Source of the DNA: Bacilli bacterium
Lineage (GTDB): Bacteria > Bacillota_I > Bacilli_A > RFN20 > CAG-826
Reading direction: 5' to 3'
DNA: 62,580 nt
NCBI GenBank assembly: GCA_024408075.1
Contig: JAKSVK010000006.1
Coordinates: 1-62,580, forward strand
The first letter of the stretch is position 1. Every line of letters begins with the position of its first letter. The notes below the pieces were generated by a model. That model did no database searches. It was not told the origin of the DNA and saw only the letters and a list, made by a program, of their open reading frames with translations. Of the stretch, positions 8,844 through 18,952 are shown piece by piece. Both the position numbers and the translations under genes were made by a program.

Positions 8844-10361
8844 TTATTGGAAATCCCCCTCACTCTTAACAGAACTTGATTTACCATAGAATATCAATGA
8901 GAAGACAGCAATAACGATAAAGACTAACAAGCCAAGAACACACGCCATTGCGTAGTTTTTCGTTCCGCTTTCCATAGACATCTTATAAATCCAAGTAATA
9001 AGTAGGTCGGTTTCACCAACATTACCAAAGCTTGCTGGTAAGTTAGCAAAGTATGGACGACCATTTGAGAACAAGTAAATAATATTAAAATTATTAATAT
9101 TGCCAACGAATTGGCTAATTAAGTAAGGCATTGTAATAAATAACATGTAAGGAAGAGTAATGCTACGATACATCTTAAATGTAGATGCTCCATCAATCTT
9201 AGCGGATTCATATAAGTCTTCTGGAATGTTCATTAAAATACCAGAACAAATAAGCATTGTGTAAGGAACACCGACCCACATGTTAACGATAATAATCAAA
9301 ACTTTTGAGAAGACGACATTATCAAATGGAGATCCAAGTTTTGGTACCCATCCCCAATCGACAAATAATCTAGTTAAGAAACCTGAATTAGATAACATCT
9401 TCGAAATTAACAGTAACGAAACAAACTGAGGAACTGCGATAGTAACAATTAAAATTGTTCTCCAAAGTTTCTTAAGTTTAATTCCTTTTCTATTAATCAT
9501 TAAAGCAACCACCATTCCAAGGAAGTAATTAGTGAATGTAGCAATAAGTGCCCAAAGAAGAGTCCAAGCAAGAATCTTAAGGAACACTGTACCCATTCCA
9601 TTAGCTCCTGAGAATGAAGTGAAAAGTGAAGTATAGTTATCAAAACCAACCCAGTCATAAAGTTCTGAGTGAGCTTGGCTATAGTTTGTAAATCCAGTAA
9701 TAATCATAAAGACAACTGGAATAACGGTAAATGCCACTAAACCAACTAATGGTACTGCAAGAAGTACAGTGTGGTATTTATTATCCATTAAGTCTTTAAA
9801 GAATTGTGAGTTTTTACTAAGTCTTCCAATTGCAATATTATCTTGTAGTGATTTTGCATCTCTTATAGAGAAGTACCAAAGAACAACAAGAATAACAATC
9901 AAAAGAATTGTAACTAATGAATAAAGAAGAATATTAAATGAGTCATCTCCAAGTCCAATAGCTAAAGAAGAACCTTCAGCAGGATCGAGAACATAACTTG
10001 ATGAACGTGCAAATGTTCCTAAAGAACCTAGTTTTGATAAAGTAGGAGCACCTAGTTTTATCATAAACCAGATAAATACTACTTCGTAGAGGAGATATAA
10101 GATACCTCTAAAGAACTCTTTATGGAATATTTGTGAGCAACCCATAATGAGGAAGTTTGCTCTTGTAAACCATGTTCCGTTTTTTGCAGCATAATACAAA
10201 ACAACAAATGGTCCTGAAAGTTTTTTTCCTAATTTAAATAGCAAATAAGGAATGTTCTTAAAGAAACGAGCAATACCAAGGCCAATTCCAGCAAAGAAAT
10301 TGCCAATAGTTATGAGCGCTCTTTGAGGCTTAGTTAAGGACAAATATTGTATTGTGGTCAT
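8844..10361 (-). CDS. malF: Maltose/maltodextrin ABC permease (MalF/MalC type)
   Basis: EAA loop DLYESAKIDGAS; FVGNINNFNIIY, GETDLLITWIYK; multi-TM. Confidence 0.88.
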   Translation of the reverse strand: MTTIQYLSLTKPQRALITIGNFFAGIGLGIARFFKNIPYLLFKLGKKLSGPFVVLYYAAKNGTWFTRANFLIMGCSQIFHKEFFRGILYLLYEVVFIWFMIKLGAPTLSKLGSLGTFARSSSYVLDPAEGSSLAIGLGDDSFNILLYSLVTILLIVILVVLWYFSIRDAKSLQDNIAIGRLSKNSQFFKDLMDNKYHTVLLAVPLVGLVAFTVIPVVFMIITGFTNYSQAHSELYDWVGFDNYTSLFTSFSGANGMGTVFLKILAWTLLWALIATFTNYFLGMVVALMINRKGIKLKKLWRTILIVTIAVPQFVSLLLISKMLSNSGFLTRLFVDWGWVPKLGSPFDNVVFSKVLIIIVNMWVGVPYTMLICSGILMNIPEDLYESAKIDGASTFKMYRSITLPYMLFITMPYLISQFVGNINNFNIIYLFSNGRPYFANLPASFGNVGETDLLITWIYKMSMESGTKNYAMACVLGLLVFIVIAVFSLIFYGKSSSVKSEGDFQ

Positions 10362-10380
10362 TTAAAATCCTTATTAATAA

Positions 10381-12165
10381 TTATCTAGTAAGTTTTAAGT
10401 CTAATTGTTGTAAGACGTAGAGATATTGTTGTTCAGTAGGCATTAAACCTAAGTTCTTAATATCTTCACTAGCACTTGTTAAAGAATCCCAAAGTGAAGG
10501 ATCAACAGCAGTTAGTGGAATAACACCATTGCTCTTAACTTGTTCTTGTAAAGCAGCGATATGTGGTTCTTTTGCAGCTTCTTCTTGAAGTGAGAGTAAT
10601 GTTGGTTGATTATAGAATTTTGCCAAACGTTCTCTTTGAGCGTATTCGCTAACTAAGAATTGAACAACTTTAGTTGCAACCTTATCTCTTTCAGCAGTAT
10701 TTGCTCTTTGAGGGTTAATACCATAGAACTTATATCCAAGGTAACATCCACAACGAGTAGTTCTTGTTTCATCAGTGAATGGAAGAGGTGCACAAGCATA
10801 GTTAGCTCCAAGAGCTGACTTGAATGTAGCAACTTTAGATGAATCAGCGATTGTTGCAAGAACATCTCTAGATGCACCTGGAGTTTCTTCACCAAGGTTC
10901 AATGATGGATAACTATAAATCTTAGTTAATAATTCAGCACCTTTTAATCCTGCTGGGTTAGTAGCAAATTCTGAAGTAGAAGTGAATCTTCCATCAGATT
11001 TTGGATTACATGTATATAAAGATTTACCACCCGCAAAGCTCATGAGTGCGCCTGCTGCGTAGAAGGAGTTAGCAATGTTATAGTTAACTTCTGTGCCAGT
11101 AGCTTGAGCTTTTGCGAATAATTTATCAAGTGTATCAATTTCAGAAGGATCACTGACTAAGCTCTTATCGTAGAACATAACATATCCGTTATCTGCAACG
11201 AATGGATAGCCAACTGGAGCATTAACTCCTTTTAAGTATGCATAATTATATGCATCTTCACCCATTTTTTCTCTGATTAATTGGCTTTCACTCTTTCCAA
11301 GTTTCTTTAAAGCACCACGAGAATAGAGGTCAAGAGTTTGGTCAGAAGCATATGGATAAATATCTGGTCCATCTGCTGGTTTTGTCATATATCCAGAAGC
11401 ATCACTTTCTTCCCAAAGGGTAAGTTCCCAAGTAATGGTACTATGTGTTCTTCTGTTGAATTCATTTAATAATTCCCTCATAAATGGTTGGACATCAACA
11501 GGTGCGCCAACTTTATAAGTTCCTGTGAAACGAAGATCTTCGAATTCTTCTTCGCCACCACCGCCACCGGCATCTTCAACGGTAACAGTACAAATATCTG
11601 ATAATCCATTAGAACCATTTGCTGTAATTGTGGTAGAACCAACAGAAACACCGGTAACTTTACCATCAACTGTAACAGTTGCAATTGAATCATTTGTGGA
11701 AGTATAAGTAATAGAAGTATCTTCAGGGAAAACGATAGCTTGTAATTGGAATGAATCATTCACTTTAATTGTCTTGGATGATGGAGAGAGCACCAATGTA
11801 GGTGTGTCGATAACTGTTTGACTATCTATAACTTCAACGGTACAAACTTGTTCACTACCATAAACAACACAGTGAACATTACACTTACCAGGACCAACAG
11901 CAATAACGTAGCCATTTTCTGCAAGAGCTACGCTAGTATTATCTGAAATCCAAATAGGTTTCAACCCAGAACTATTTGCTGCACTTTTTGGACTGACAAA
12001 ACAAGTTAATTCTTTTGTATCGCCAATTTCCATTTTTAAATAACTTGCACTTAAACGAACATTAACAGTTGAGAATTCGTTACTACCGCAAGAGGATAAA
12101 CCGACAGACGCAAAAGAAAGCAATCCAACAATTGCAAACAAAGACAAACGTGAAAATTTTCTCAT
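10381..12165 (-). CDS. Extracellular maltodextrin-binding lipoprotein with two N-terminal Ig-like (Big_2) domains
   Basis: Lipobox LSSC; two Ig-like repeats (WISDNTSVALAENGYV; YTSTNDSIATVTVDGKV), Gly/Glu linker, then SBP-like domain (GPDIYPYASDQ, GYPFVADNGYVMFYDKSLV); first gene of the mal operon. Confidence 0.82.
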   Translation of the reverse strand: MRKFSRLSLFAIVGLLSFASVGLSSCGSNEFSTVNVRLSASYLKMEIGDTKELTCFVSPKSAANSSGLKPIWISDNTSVALAENGYVIAVGPGKCNVHCVVYGSEQVCTVEVIDSQTVIDTPTLVLSPSSKTIKVNDSFQLQAIVFPEDTSITYTSTNDSIATVTVDGKVTGVSVGSTTITANGSNGLSDICTVTVEDAGGGGGEEEFEDLRFTGTYKVGAPVDVQPFMRELLNEFNRRTHSTITWELTLWEESDASGYMTKPADGPDIYPYASDQTLDLYSRGALKKLGKSESQLIREKMGEDAYNYAYLKGVNAPVGYPFVADNGYVMFYDKSLVSDPSEIDTLDKLFAKAQATGTEVNYNIANSFYAAGALMSFAGGKSLYTCNPKSDGRFTSTSEFATNPAGLKGAELLTKIYSYPSLNLGEETPGASRDVLATIADSSKVATFKSALGANYACAPLPFTDETRTTRCGCYLGYKFYGINPQRANTAERDKVATKVVQFLVSEYAQRERLAKFYNQPTLLSLQEEAAKEPHIAALQEQVKSNGVIPLTAVDPSLWDSLTSASEDIKNLGLMPTEQQYLYVLQQLDLKLTR

Positions 12166-12218
12166 TATTTTTCCCTGCTTTTCAACACAAATGTGTCGAT
12201 TACTATGTAATTGCCTTT

Positions 12219-12247
12219 ATTATATGACTTTTAATTTTACAAAACAA
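12219..12247 (-). promoter_or_regulatory. Putative sigma-A promoter of the mal operon
   Basis: Minus strand reads TTGTTT-17 nt-TATAAT upstream of the SBP gene. Confidence 0.55.
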
Positions 12248-12284
12248 TATATCATTTATGTTTTTTTTAATTTATTATAGAGGC

Positions 12285-12758
12285 ATGAACTTTATTGAAA
12301 AACGAAATGTATTATTCAGAATCTTAGCAGCAATTGCAAATCTTGTTGCTTTAGCAACAATGGTTGGTGCTTTTACTTATGTTGTTACTAGAAAACCTGA
12401 TGATAAAACTTTATCAATTATTGGTTTATTACTTGCTTGTGCATTTGTTGTCATGGAAATAGTTCTTTTAATTAAAGGAAAGAAAAATGAACCAGCTTTG
12501 AAAAATATTGCGTTTAATGAAAATGACACAATAAATAAATTCCCTGTGATTATAGTTTCTATTGGAACAGGATTTTCTTTAGCTTTGCTAATTTTATCAA
12601 TTGTTATTTTCTTCCAAAACAGTTCTCCAACAACAAAATCAAATATGGCGGTTATTTTCTCAATTGCCGTCTATTTGTTAGTAAACTGTTTAGTCTATTA
12701 TCTTTTCTTGATAATGTTTAAAAAACGTCCTCTAAAATTAGAAGACTTAATTAAATAA
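12285..12758 (+). CDS. Hypothetical 4-TM membrane protein
   Basis: Four hydrophobic segments; start at 12285 preferred over 12258. Confidence 0.7.
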   Translation: MNFIEKRNVLFRILAAIANLVALATMVGAFTYVVTRKPDDKTLSIIGLLLACAFVVMEIVLLIKGKKNEPALKNIAFNENDTINKFPVIIVSIGTGFSLALLILSIVIFFQNSSPTTKSNMAVIFSIAVYLLVNCLVYYLFLIMFKKRPLKLEDLIK

Positions 12759-13529
12759 TTAATCCAAATATTTTTCTCTTAGATGTTTTATATCAACACC
12801 TAATTCTTTTTCCAAATAGTTTAATATAGAACCAAAGTTCTTTTCAATTGAGTTAATTGCTTGGTCAAGATACTCATTTCTAGCAGTAAAGACGTGATCC
12901 ATTGCGATTTCATATTCACGGTTATAGAATTTTTTATCTTTGACCATATTTTTTAATTGGACGATTTTAGCTTCCATGGCAACATTTGAGTACAAATAAT
13001 CTTCTCTTGCCGATATTGGATCTATACCGAGTGCAATTTCTAATAAATATGCTGCCAAACCTGCTCTATCTTTTCCTTGAGAACAATGAAAATAAATAAC
13101 CTTGTTATTTTGCATTAATAAATTAAAGAAATTTCTGTATGCAACTTTGCCGATATCGGAAATAACTGAATCACTGTACAAATTCATCATATGTTGTGCA
13201 GCTTGACTAGTATCATTTAAGAAAAATAGCAAGTTTGAGTCTTCATGTTGGATATTCTTGTCGTCTTCCTTCATCTTCATTGTAGGAAAATTATGGAACT
13301 CAACATTTTCAAATTTGTAATCAGGTTTATGCTCGAATTCTTCTTTTCCTCTAAAATCAACAATATCTGTGATTCCTAAAGATTTAATTTTTTCAATATC
13401 AGAAGAAGAAACATGAGCTAAAGAACCGCCTCTAAAAATAAGTCCGGTTTTAACCTTCTTTCCATTAGAACTTACCATTCCCCCAATGTCTCTTGCGTTC
13501 TTCTGATATGTAAATTCAACAACTCTCAT
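12759..13529 (-). CDS. Protein tyrosine/lipid phosphatase (PtpB/LipA-like family)
   Basis: NARDIGG, IFRGG, IVDFR, P-loop FHCSQGKDRAG, EDYLYSN; likely start at 13529. Confidence 0.88.
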   Translation of the reverse strand: MRVVEFTYQKNARDIGGMVSSNGKKVKTGLIFRGGSLAHVSSSDIEKIKSLGITDIVDFRGKEEFEHKPDYKFENVEFHNFPTMKMKEDDKNIQHEDSNLLFFLNDTSQAAQHMMNLYSDSVISDIGKVAYRNFFNLLMQNNKVIYFHCSQGKDRAGLAAYLLEIALGIDPISAREDYLYSNVAMEAKIVQLKNMVKDKKFYNREYEIAMDHVFTARNEYLDQAINSIEKNFGSILNYLEKELGVDIKHLREKYLD

Positions 13530-13629
13530 CAATTTAATTTTATAGAATTTGTAATATTTTGTGTATCCTTTTTGTTTCAATTATATTGAACATATGAGAT
13601 AATACTAACGATACATTGGGGGTAATGTT

Positions 13630-14823
13630 ATGTCAAAAGTAATGACAGTTAATTCAGGAAGTAGTTCACTTAAATTCAAGCTATTTGAAATGCCTGAAGA
13701 AAAAGTAATTTGTTCTGGAAATTGTGAGCAAATCGGCCTTGATAAAGGAATTTTTACTATTAAATACAATGGAGAAAAAGAAGTATCAAATCCTGTATTT
13801 AAGAATCATGCTGAAGCAGCAAAAAAAGTCATTGATACACTTGTAGAAAAAGGAATTATCAAAGATTTTGGAGAAATTAAAGCTGCTGGCCACCGTATTG
13901 TTCAAGGCGGTAAATATTTCTCAAAAAGCGCAATATTTGATGAAGATGCAGAGAAAAAGATTGAATCATTAATCCCACTTGCTCCTCTTCATAATGCTGC
14001 ACACTTAACTTGTTATAAAGCTTTTAAAGAAGTTCTTCCAAATTGTCCAAATGTTGCTGTTTTTGATACAGCTTATCACCAAACAATGGAACCTCAAGAT
14101 TATGTCTTCCCAATACCTTATGAATTAAGTGAAAAATATGATATTAGAAGATATGGCGCACATGGTACTAGCCATAAATATTTAGCTCTTGAAGGTGAAA
14201 AATATCTTAAAGATACTAAAGGAAAACGTATTATTTCTTGTCATATCGGTTCTGGAGCATCCATCACTGCTATTAGAGACGGTAAATGTGTAGCTACATC
14301 AATGGGTCTTACTCCTTTAGGAGGAATCATGATGGGCACACGTACTGGTGATATGGATCCAAGTGTATTTAATTATGTATGTAAAGTTACTGGAAAATCT
14401 GCTGAAGAAGTTTATCAAATGTTTAATAAACAAAGTGGATTTAAAGGAATGTCTACTGTTGGACCAGATTCAAGAGATGTTCTTAAAGCCGTTGATGAAG
14501 GTAACAAACATGCAATCCTAACTAATGATTTATTTGTTCGTAGAATCGCTGATTATATTGGTCAATATTTTGTCAGATTAGGTGGAGCAGACTTAATTAT
14601 CTTCTCTGCAGGAATTGGTGAAAATGAACCACGTACAAGAAAAGAAGTTGTTGATCAAATTAAAGACGCTCTTGGAGTTGAAATTGATGAAGAATTAAAT
14701 AAAACAATCCACGGAAAAGAAGCTTTGATCTCAACTAAAAACAGCAAAATTAAAGTCGCAGTTATCCCAACAGATGAGGAATTAATGATTGCTCGAGACA
14801 CATACGAATTAGCAATAAAATAA
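13630..14823 (+). CDS. ackA: Acetate kinase
   Basis: VNSGSSSLKFKLF, GHRIVQGG, LAPLHN, RRYGAHGTSH, TSMGLTPLGG, PTDEELMIA. Confidence 0.97.
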   Translation: MSKVMTVNSGSSSLKFKLFEMPEEKVICSGNCEQIGLDKGIFTIKYNGEKEVSNPVFKNHAEAAKKVIDTLVEKGIIKDFGEIKAAGHRIVQGGKYFSKSAIFDEDAEKKIESLIPLAPLHNAAHLTCYKAFKEVLPNCPNVAVFDTAYHQTMEPQDYVFPIPYELSEKYDIRRYGAHGTSHKYLALEGEKYLKDTKGKRIISCHIGSGASITAIRDGKCVATSMGLTPLGGIMMGTRTGDMDPSVFNYVCKVTGKSAEEVYQMFNKQSGFKGMSTVGPDSRDVLKAVDEGNKHAILTNDLFVRRIADYIGQYFVRLGGADLIIFSAGIGENEPRTRKEVVDQIKDALGVEIDEELNKTIHGKEALISTKNSKIKVAVIPTDEELMIARDTYELAIK

Positions 14824-14836
14824 GGAGTTAATATTG

Positions 14837-15832
14837 ATGAAATTAGAAAAGTCAATTATTGAAGAAGGACAAAAATTCGCTTCAAAAAACAAACATTTTT
14901 TAAAATTAATTGAAAAATACGATCGAATTTGTGTCTTCAGACATATCATGCCAGACTATGATGCTTTAGGCACTCAACTTGGTTTAGCAACTTGGTTAAA
15001 AGATAATTTTCCAAATAAAGAAATTAAAGTCGTTGGTGATAATCACGTCACCTTTACTCCAAGACTATTTCCAGAAATGGATAAATTATCAGATTCTTGG
15101 TTTAACAAACCATTTTTAGCAATTATTGTCGATGTTGCAAACCTTCCTAGAATTGCTGATCCTAGATTTGAAAAGGCCGAAGCTATTATCACAATTGACC
15201 ATCATCCACACACTGATGATTTTGCCTTGTTTGATATCACAGATACTTCATGTGCAGCAGCTAGTGAATTAGTTGTTTCACTTCTTTTAAATCACAAAAA
15301 ATATAAAATTAGTGCCAAATCTGCAGAGTATTTCTATATTGCACTAGTTGGAGATTCAGGAAGATTCCAATATTCTTCAACCAGTCCTTTAACTTTTGCA
15401 GTAGCTTCAAATTTAATTTCAACAGGAATCAAGATTTCAAATATCTATGAGAAAATGTATCTCAAACAAATAGATGATTTAGCTGTAACTGCTTATATTT
15501 TGAATCATTACAACATTTCTCCTAAGGGTGTTGCTTATTATGTCCTTGATGAGAAAATCCAAAAAGAACTCAAAATCACCACAGAACGTGGTAAAGAAAA
15601 TGTTAACCTATTTTCGAATATTGAAGGAATTAACATTTGGTGTTCAATTACTGAGGACACAGATCCAAAAGATCCTTGTTGGAGAATATCAATTAGAAGT
15701 AGAAACTATACAGTAAATGGAGTTGCTACTGAATTTGGTGGAGGCGGACACGCACAAGCAAGCGGAGCAAAAATTAAAACCCTTGATGAACTACCAAAAT
15801 TTATTGAAGCACTCGATAATTTAATCAAATAA
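14837..15832 (+). CDS. nrnA: Bifunctional oligoribonuclease/pAp phosphatase (DHH family)
   Basis: RHIMPDYDALG, IDHH, GDSGRF, GGGGHAQASG. Confidence 0.9.
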   Translation: MKLEKSIIEEGQKFASKNKHFLKLIEKYDRICVFRHIMPDYDALGTQLGLATWLKDNFPNKEIKVVGDNHVTFTPRLFPEMDKLSDSWFNKPFLAIIVDVANLPRIADPRFEKAEAIITIDHHPHTDDFALFDITDTSCAAASELVVSLLLNHKKYKISAKSAEYFYIALVGDSGRFQYSSTSPLTFAVASNLISTGIKISNIYEKMYLKQIDDLAVTAYILNHYNISPKGVAYYVLDEKIQKELKITTERGKENVNLFSNIEGINIWCSITEDTDPKDPCWRISIRSRNYTVNGVATEFGGGGHAQASGAKIKTLDELPKFIEALDNLIK

Positions 15833-15850
15833 CTGATATTTAAAATAACT

Positions 15851-15880
15851 AAGACGAATGTAGAACAATTCGTCTTTTTT
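15851..15880 (+). terminator. Rho-independent terminator after ackA-nrnA
   Basis: Stem AAGACGAAT / ATTCGTCTT followed by a T tract. Confidence 0.8.
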
Positions 15881-15914
15881 ATTTAGTTTTTAATAGATTA
15901 GTAATATACTAATA

Positions 15915-18900
15915 ATGATGAAATTTGCACCACTAAATATCGTTTCTGGCTATTCGTTCTTAAGAAGCGCTCTTACTATTGAAAAAATTACTGGAGCAGT
16001 CAAAAAGAATGATTATTTTGGTGCTGGACTCGCAGACTTTGGAGTTTTATATGGTGCTCCAAGTTTTTCTAAAGCTTTAAAATCTATAAATCGTCCACTG
16101 CTGATTGGGTTAACTATCGAATTAGACGATCAATATGTTGTTTATGCAAATAGCGAAATTGGTTATAGAAACATTATCGCTATTTCAAAAGAAATAAGCT
16201 TAGAAAAATTGAATATAGATTTCCTCTTAAATCACTTAAGCGGAACCATTCTTGTTTTAGAAACAAACTACGGCAAGTTCAAATCAGACTTTGATAAAGA
16301 GTTTAATCAAGATTATTTAACATCATTAGCAAAATTATCTAGTAAATGTGATGATTTTTACTTAGGACTCGAAGTAACAACAAAATCAGAATTCAAAGTT
16401 GCTCAAAATATCCGTGAATTTGCAAAAGAACGCGGTTATAAAACAATTGCTTTCCCAAAAATTAAGTATCAAGCAAAAGAAGATGCGATGGTTTTACTTA
16501 TGTTAGAGGCAATTGATAAAGAAGAAAAGATTGAGATTGATAATGTCGAAGGACCAAATTTCTTCAATACAAATGAATACTATTCAAAAATTTATACAAA
16601 ATCAGAAATAGAAAACACTAACTTAGTTTTAACTAATTCAAAATTTGATTTTGATATAAAAAGAGGCGAAATGCTTCATTATCCAGTCGAAAACTCAGAA
16701 GAAACCTTAAAATTTTTAGTTTTCGAAGGACTTAAAAAGAATTCTTTAGAAGATGAAGAACACATAAAAAGAGCAAATTATGAACTAGATGTCATTTGTT
16801 CAATGGGATACGCTGACTATTTCCTCATTGTTGCAGACTATGTTAATTACGCTAAAACCCATAAAATTTTAGTTGGTCCAGGAAGAGGAAGTGCTGCCGG
16901 AAGTTTAGTTTCTTATGCTTTAGGTATTACCGAAGTGGATCCACTCGAATATAACTTAGTCTTCGAAAGATTCTTGAATAAAGCTCGTAAAACCATGCCT
17001 GATATTGACGTTGACTTTATGGATACATCTAGAGATGAAATGGTTGATTACATGAGAGAGAAATATGGCGAAGAAAGAGTTGCTAATATTGTTGCTTTCC
17101 AAACCATTCAAGCAAAACAAGCTTTAAGAGATGTTGGAAGAATTCTTTCAATTCCAACGCATCATATTGATATGCTTTCTAAATCAATCACAGATAAAGT
17201 TAACTTAAAAGAAGCATATAAAAAGATTCCTGCTTTTAGAAAATTGGTTGATTCAGACAAATATTTTTTAAATATCGTATCAAATGCTAACAAAATTTTA
17301 GACTTGCCTAGACAAGCAGGAACACATGCTGCTGGAATCATTGTTAATAACTCAGCAATTGATTCAGTACTTCCTGTTACTGTTAATATAAATGGAAACA
17401 TTCAATCACAATTTGAAAAAGATTACCTTGAAGAACAAGGCTTCCTTAAAATGGATTTCTTAGCTTTAAGAAACTTAACCACTATTGATATTTGTAGCAA
17501 ATTAATAAAACAAAATCATAATGTTGATTTAGATTTTTATCATATTCCTTATAAAGATGAAAATGCTTTAGGACTTATAAATAAAGGATATACAGCAGGT
17601 TTGTTCCAACTCGAAAGTTTAGGAATGAAAAATGCTATTAAAATACTTGGAATAAATGAATTCATTAATCTTGTCGAATTAATTTCATTACACCGTCCTG
17701 GTCCTCAAGATCATATTAAAGATTACGCTTTGCGTAAATCAGGAAAAATTAAAGTTCATTACCTCGACGATAAGGTAAAAGATATACTTGGATCTACCTA
17801 TGGAATATTGGTATATCAAGAGCAAATCAACCAATTAGCAGTTGCTATGGCAGGATTTACTCCAGAAAAAGCAGACTTATTTAGAAGAGCTGTTTCAAAA
17901 AAGAAGAAAGAGGAAATTCTTGCTGCTAAAGAAGACTTTATCAAAGGTTCGCTTAAAAATGGTTATTCGTTAAAAGACACCACCACAATTTTTGAAGATA
18001 TTATTAAATTTGCTAATTATGGTTTTAATAAAAGTCACGCTGTAGTTTACGCCATAACTGGTTCAAGAATGGCATATTTAAAATACTACTATCCTCTTGA
18101 ATTCTACACCGCTTTACTCATGACTTCTTCTGGTGCTGGTGATTCTAAATTTAGTGAATACATGAGCGAACTTAATAAGAGAAATTTAAAAATTCTTCCA
18201 CCAGATATTAATTCATCAAAATCATACTTCATTGTCAAAGACAATTCACTATTATTCCCTCTATCATTTATTAAAGGAATTAGTGTGATGACATCTAATA
18301 TAATCATTGATGAAAGAAATCAAAATGGACCATATTTAGACTTCTTTGATTTTGTCAAAAGAGCATATGCAATTAAGCTAGGAGAAGCAACAGTTTTAAA
18401 ACTTATTAATGCTGGTTGCTTTGACTCAATGATTTCTTCTAGAGCAACACTTAGAGCAACATTAAAATATGCAATGCAATATGCTGAACTTGCTTATGGA
18501 GAAGATGGACAAATTGTTTTAGATGCTACCTTCGATACAAATAAACAATATTTCCAAACTGAAGATGATCCTCTTGAAAATCTCGCGTTTGAAAATGAAG
18601 TACTTGGAATTATGCTTTCAGATAATCCACTTAAATACCATAAAGAAAAACTGGATTCTCTTGGAGTAATTAATATTGAAGAAGCAAAAGAAAGATGGGG
18701 AAATTGTTCAATTGCTGGAATTATTACCAACATTAAAACGATTAAAACAAAGAAAGATAAAACCCCAATGGCATTTATTAAAATTGCTGATGAAGTTAGT
18801 GAAATAGAAGTCACTATTTTCCCAGAATTATTTGCAAATAATATAAATAATATTGTTAAAAACAATATAATCATAATTAAAGGAAGATATGATAGCAGTA

Positions 18901-18950
18901 ATGATAGAGAAAGCTTTACTGCTAATGAAATATCATTGTTGGAGGAATAG
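15915..18950 (+). CDS. dnaE: DNA polymerase III alpha subunit (DnaE)
   Basis: GPGRGSAAGSLV, FERFLN, PDIDVDF, HAAG, KMDFL, YGFNKSHA, C-terminal OB fold; alternative start 15918. Confidence 0.96.
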   Translation: MMKFAPLNIVSGYSFLRSALTIEKITGAVKKNDYFGAGLADFGVLYGAPSFSKALKSINRPLLIGLTIELDDQYVVYANSEIGYRNIIAISKEISLEKLNIDFLLNHLSGTILVLETNYGKFKSDFDKEFNQDYLTSLAKLSSKCDDFYLGLEVTTKSEFKVAQNIREFAKERGYKTIAFPKIKYQAKEDAMVLLMLEAIDKEEKIEIDNVEGPNFFNTNEYYSKIYTKSEIENTNLVLTNSKFDFDIKRGEMLHYPVENSEETLKFLVFEGLKKNSLEDEEHIKRANYELDVICSMGYADYFLIVADYVNYAKTHKILVGPGRGSAAGSLVSYALGITEVDPLEYNLVFERFLNKARKTMPDIDVDFMDTSRDEMVDYMREKYGEERVANIVAFQTIQAKQALRDVGRILSIPTHHIDMLSKSITDKVNLKEAYKKIPAFRKLVDSDKYFLNIVSNANKILDLPRQAGTHAAGIIVNNSAIDSVLPVTVNINGNIQSQFEKDYLEEQGFLKMDFLALRNLTTIDICSKLIKQNHNVDLDFYHIPYKDENALGLINKGYTAGLFQLESLGMKNAIKILGINEFINLVELISLHRPGPQDHIKDYALRKSGKIKVHYLDDKVKDILGSTYGILVYQEQINQLAVAMAGFTPEKADLFRRAVSKKKKEEILAAKEDFIKGSLKNGYSLKDTTTIFEDIIKFANYGFNKSHAVVYAITGSRMAYLKYYYPLEFYTALLMTSSGAGDSKFSEYMSELNKRNLKILPPDINSSKSYFIVKDNSLLFPLSFIKGISVMTSNIIIDERNQNGPYLDFFDFVKRAYAIKLGEATVLKLINAGCFDSMISSRATLRATLKYAMQYAELAYGEDGQIVLDATFDTNKQYFQTEDDPLENLAFENEVLGIMLSDNPLKYHKEKLDSLGVINIEEAKERWGNCSIAGIITNIKTIKTKKDKTPMAFIKIADEVSEIEVTIFPELFANNINNIVKNNIIIIKGRYDSSNDRESFTANEISLLEE

Positions 18951-18952
18951 CT

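Noticed and set aside
13577-13591. Short palindromes TTCAAT-TAT-ATTGAA upstream of ackA and ACACA-AA-TGTGT (12185-12196) upstream of the SBP gene
   Set aside because: Arms of only 5-6 bp in AT-rich DNA, with no match to cre or Rex consensus; insufficient evidence
15915-16650. Degenerate PHP domain of DnaE (metal-binding His residues missing)
   Set aside because: Common in DnaE of PolC-containing Bacilli; not novel
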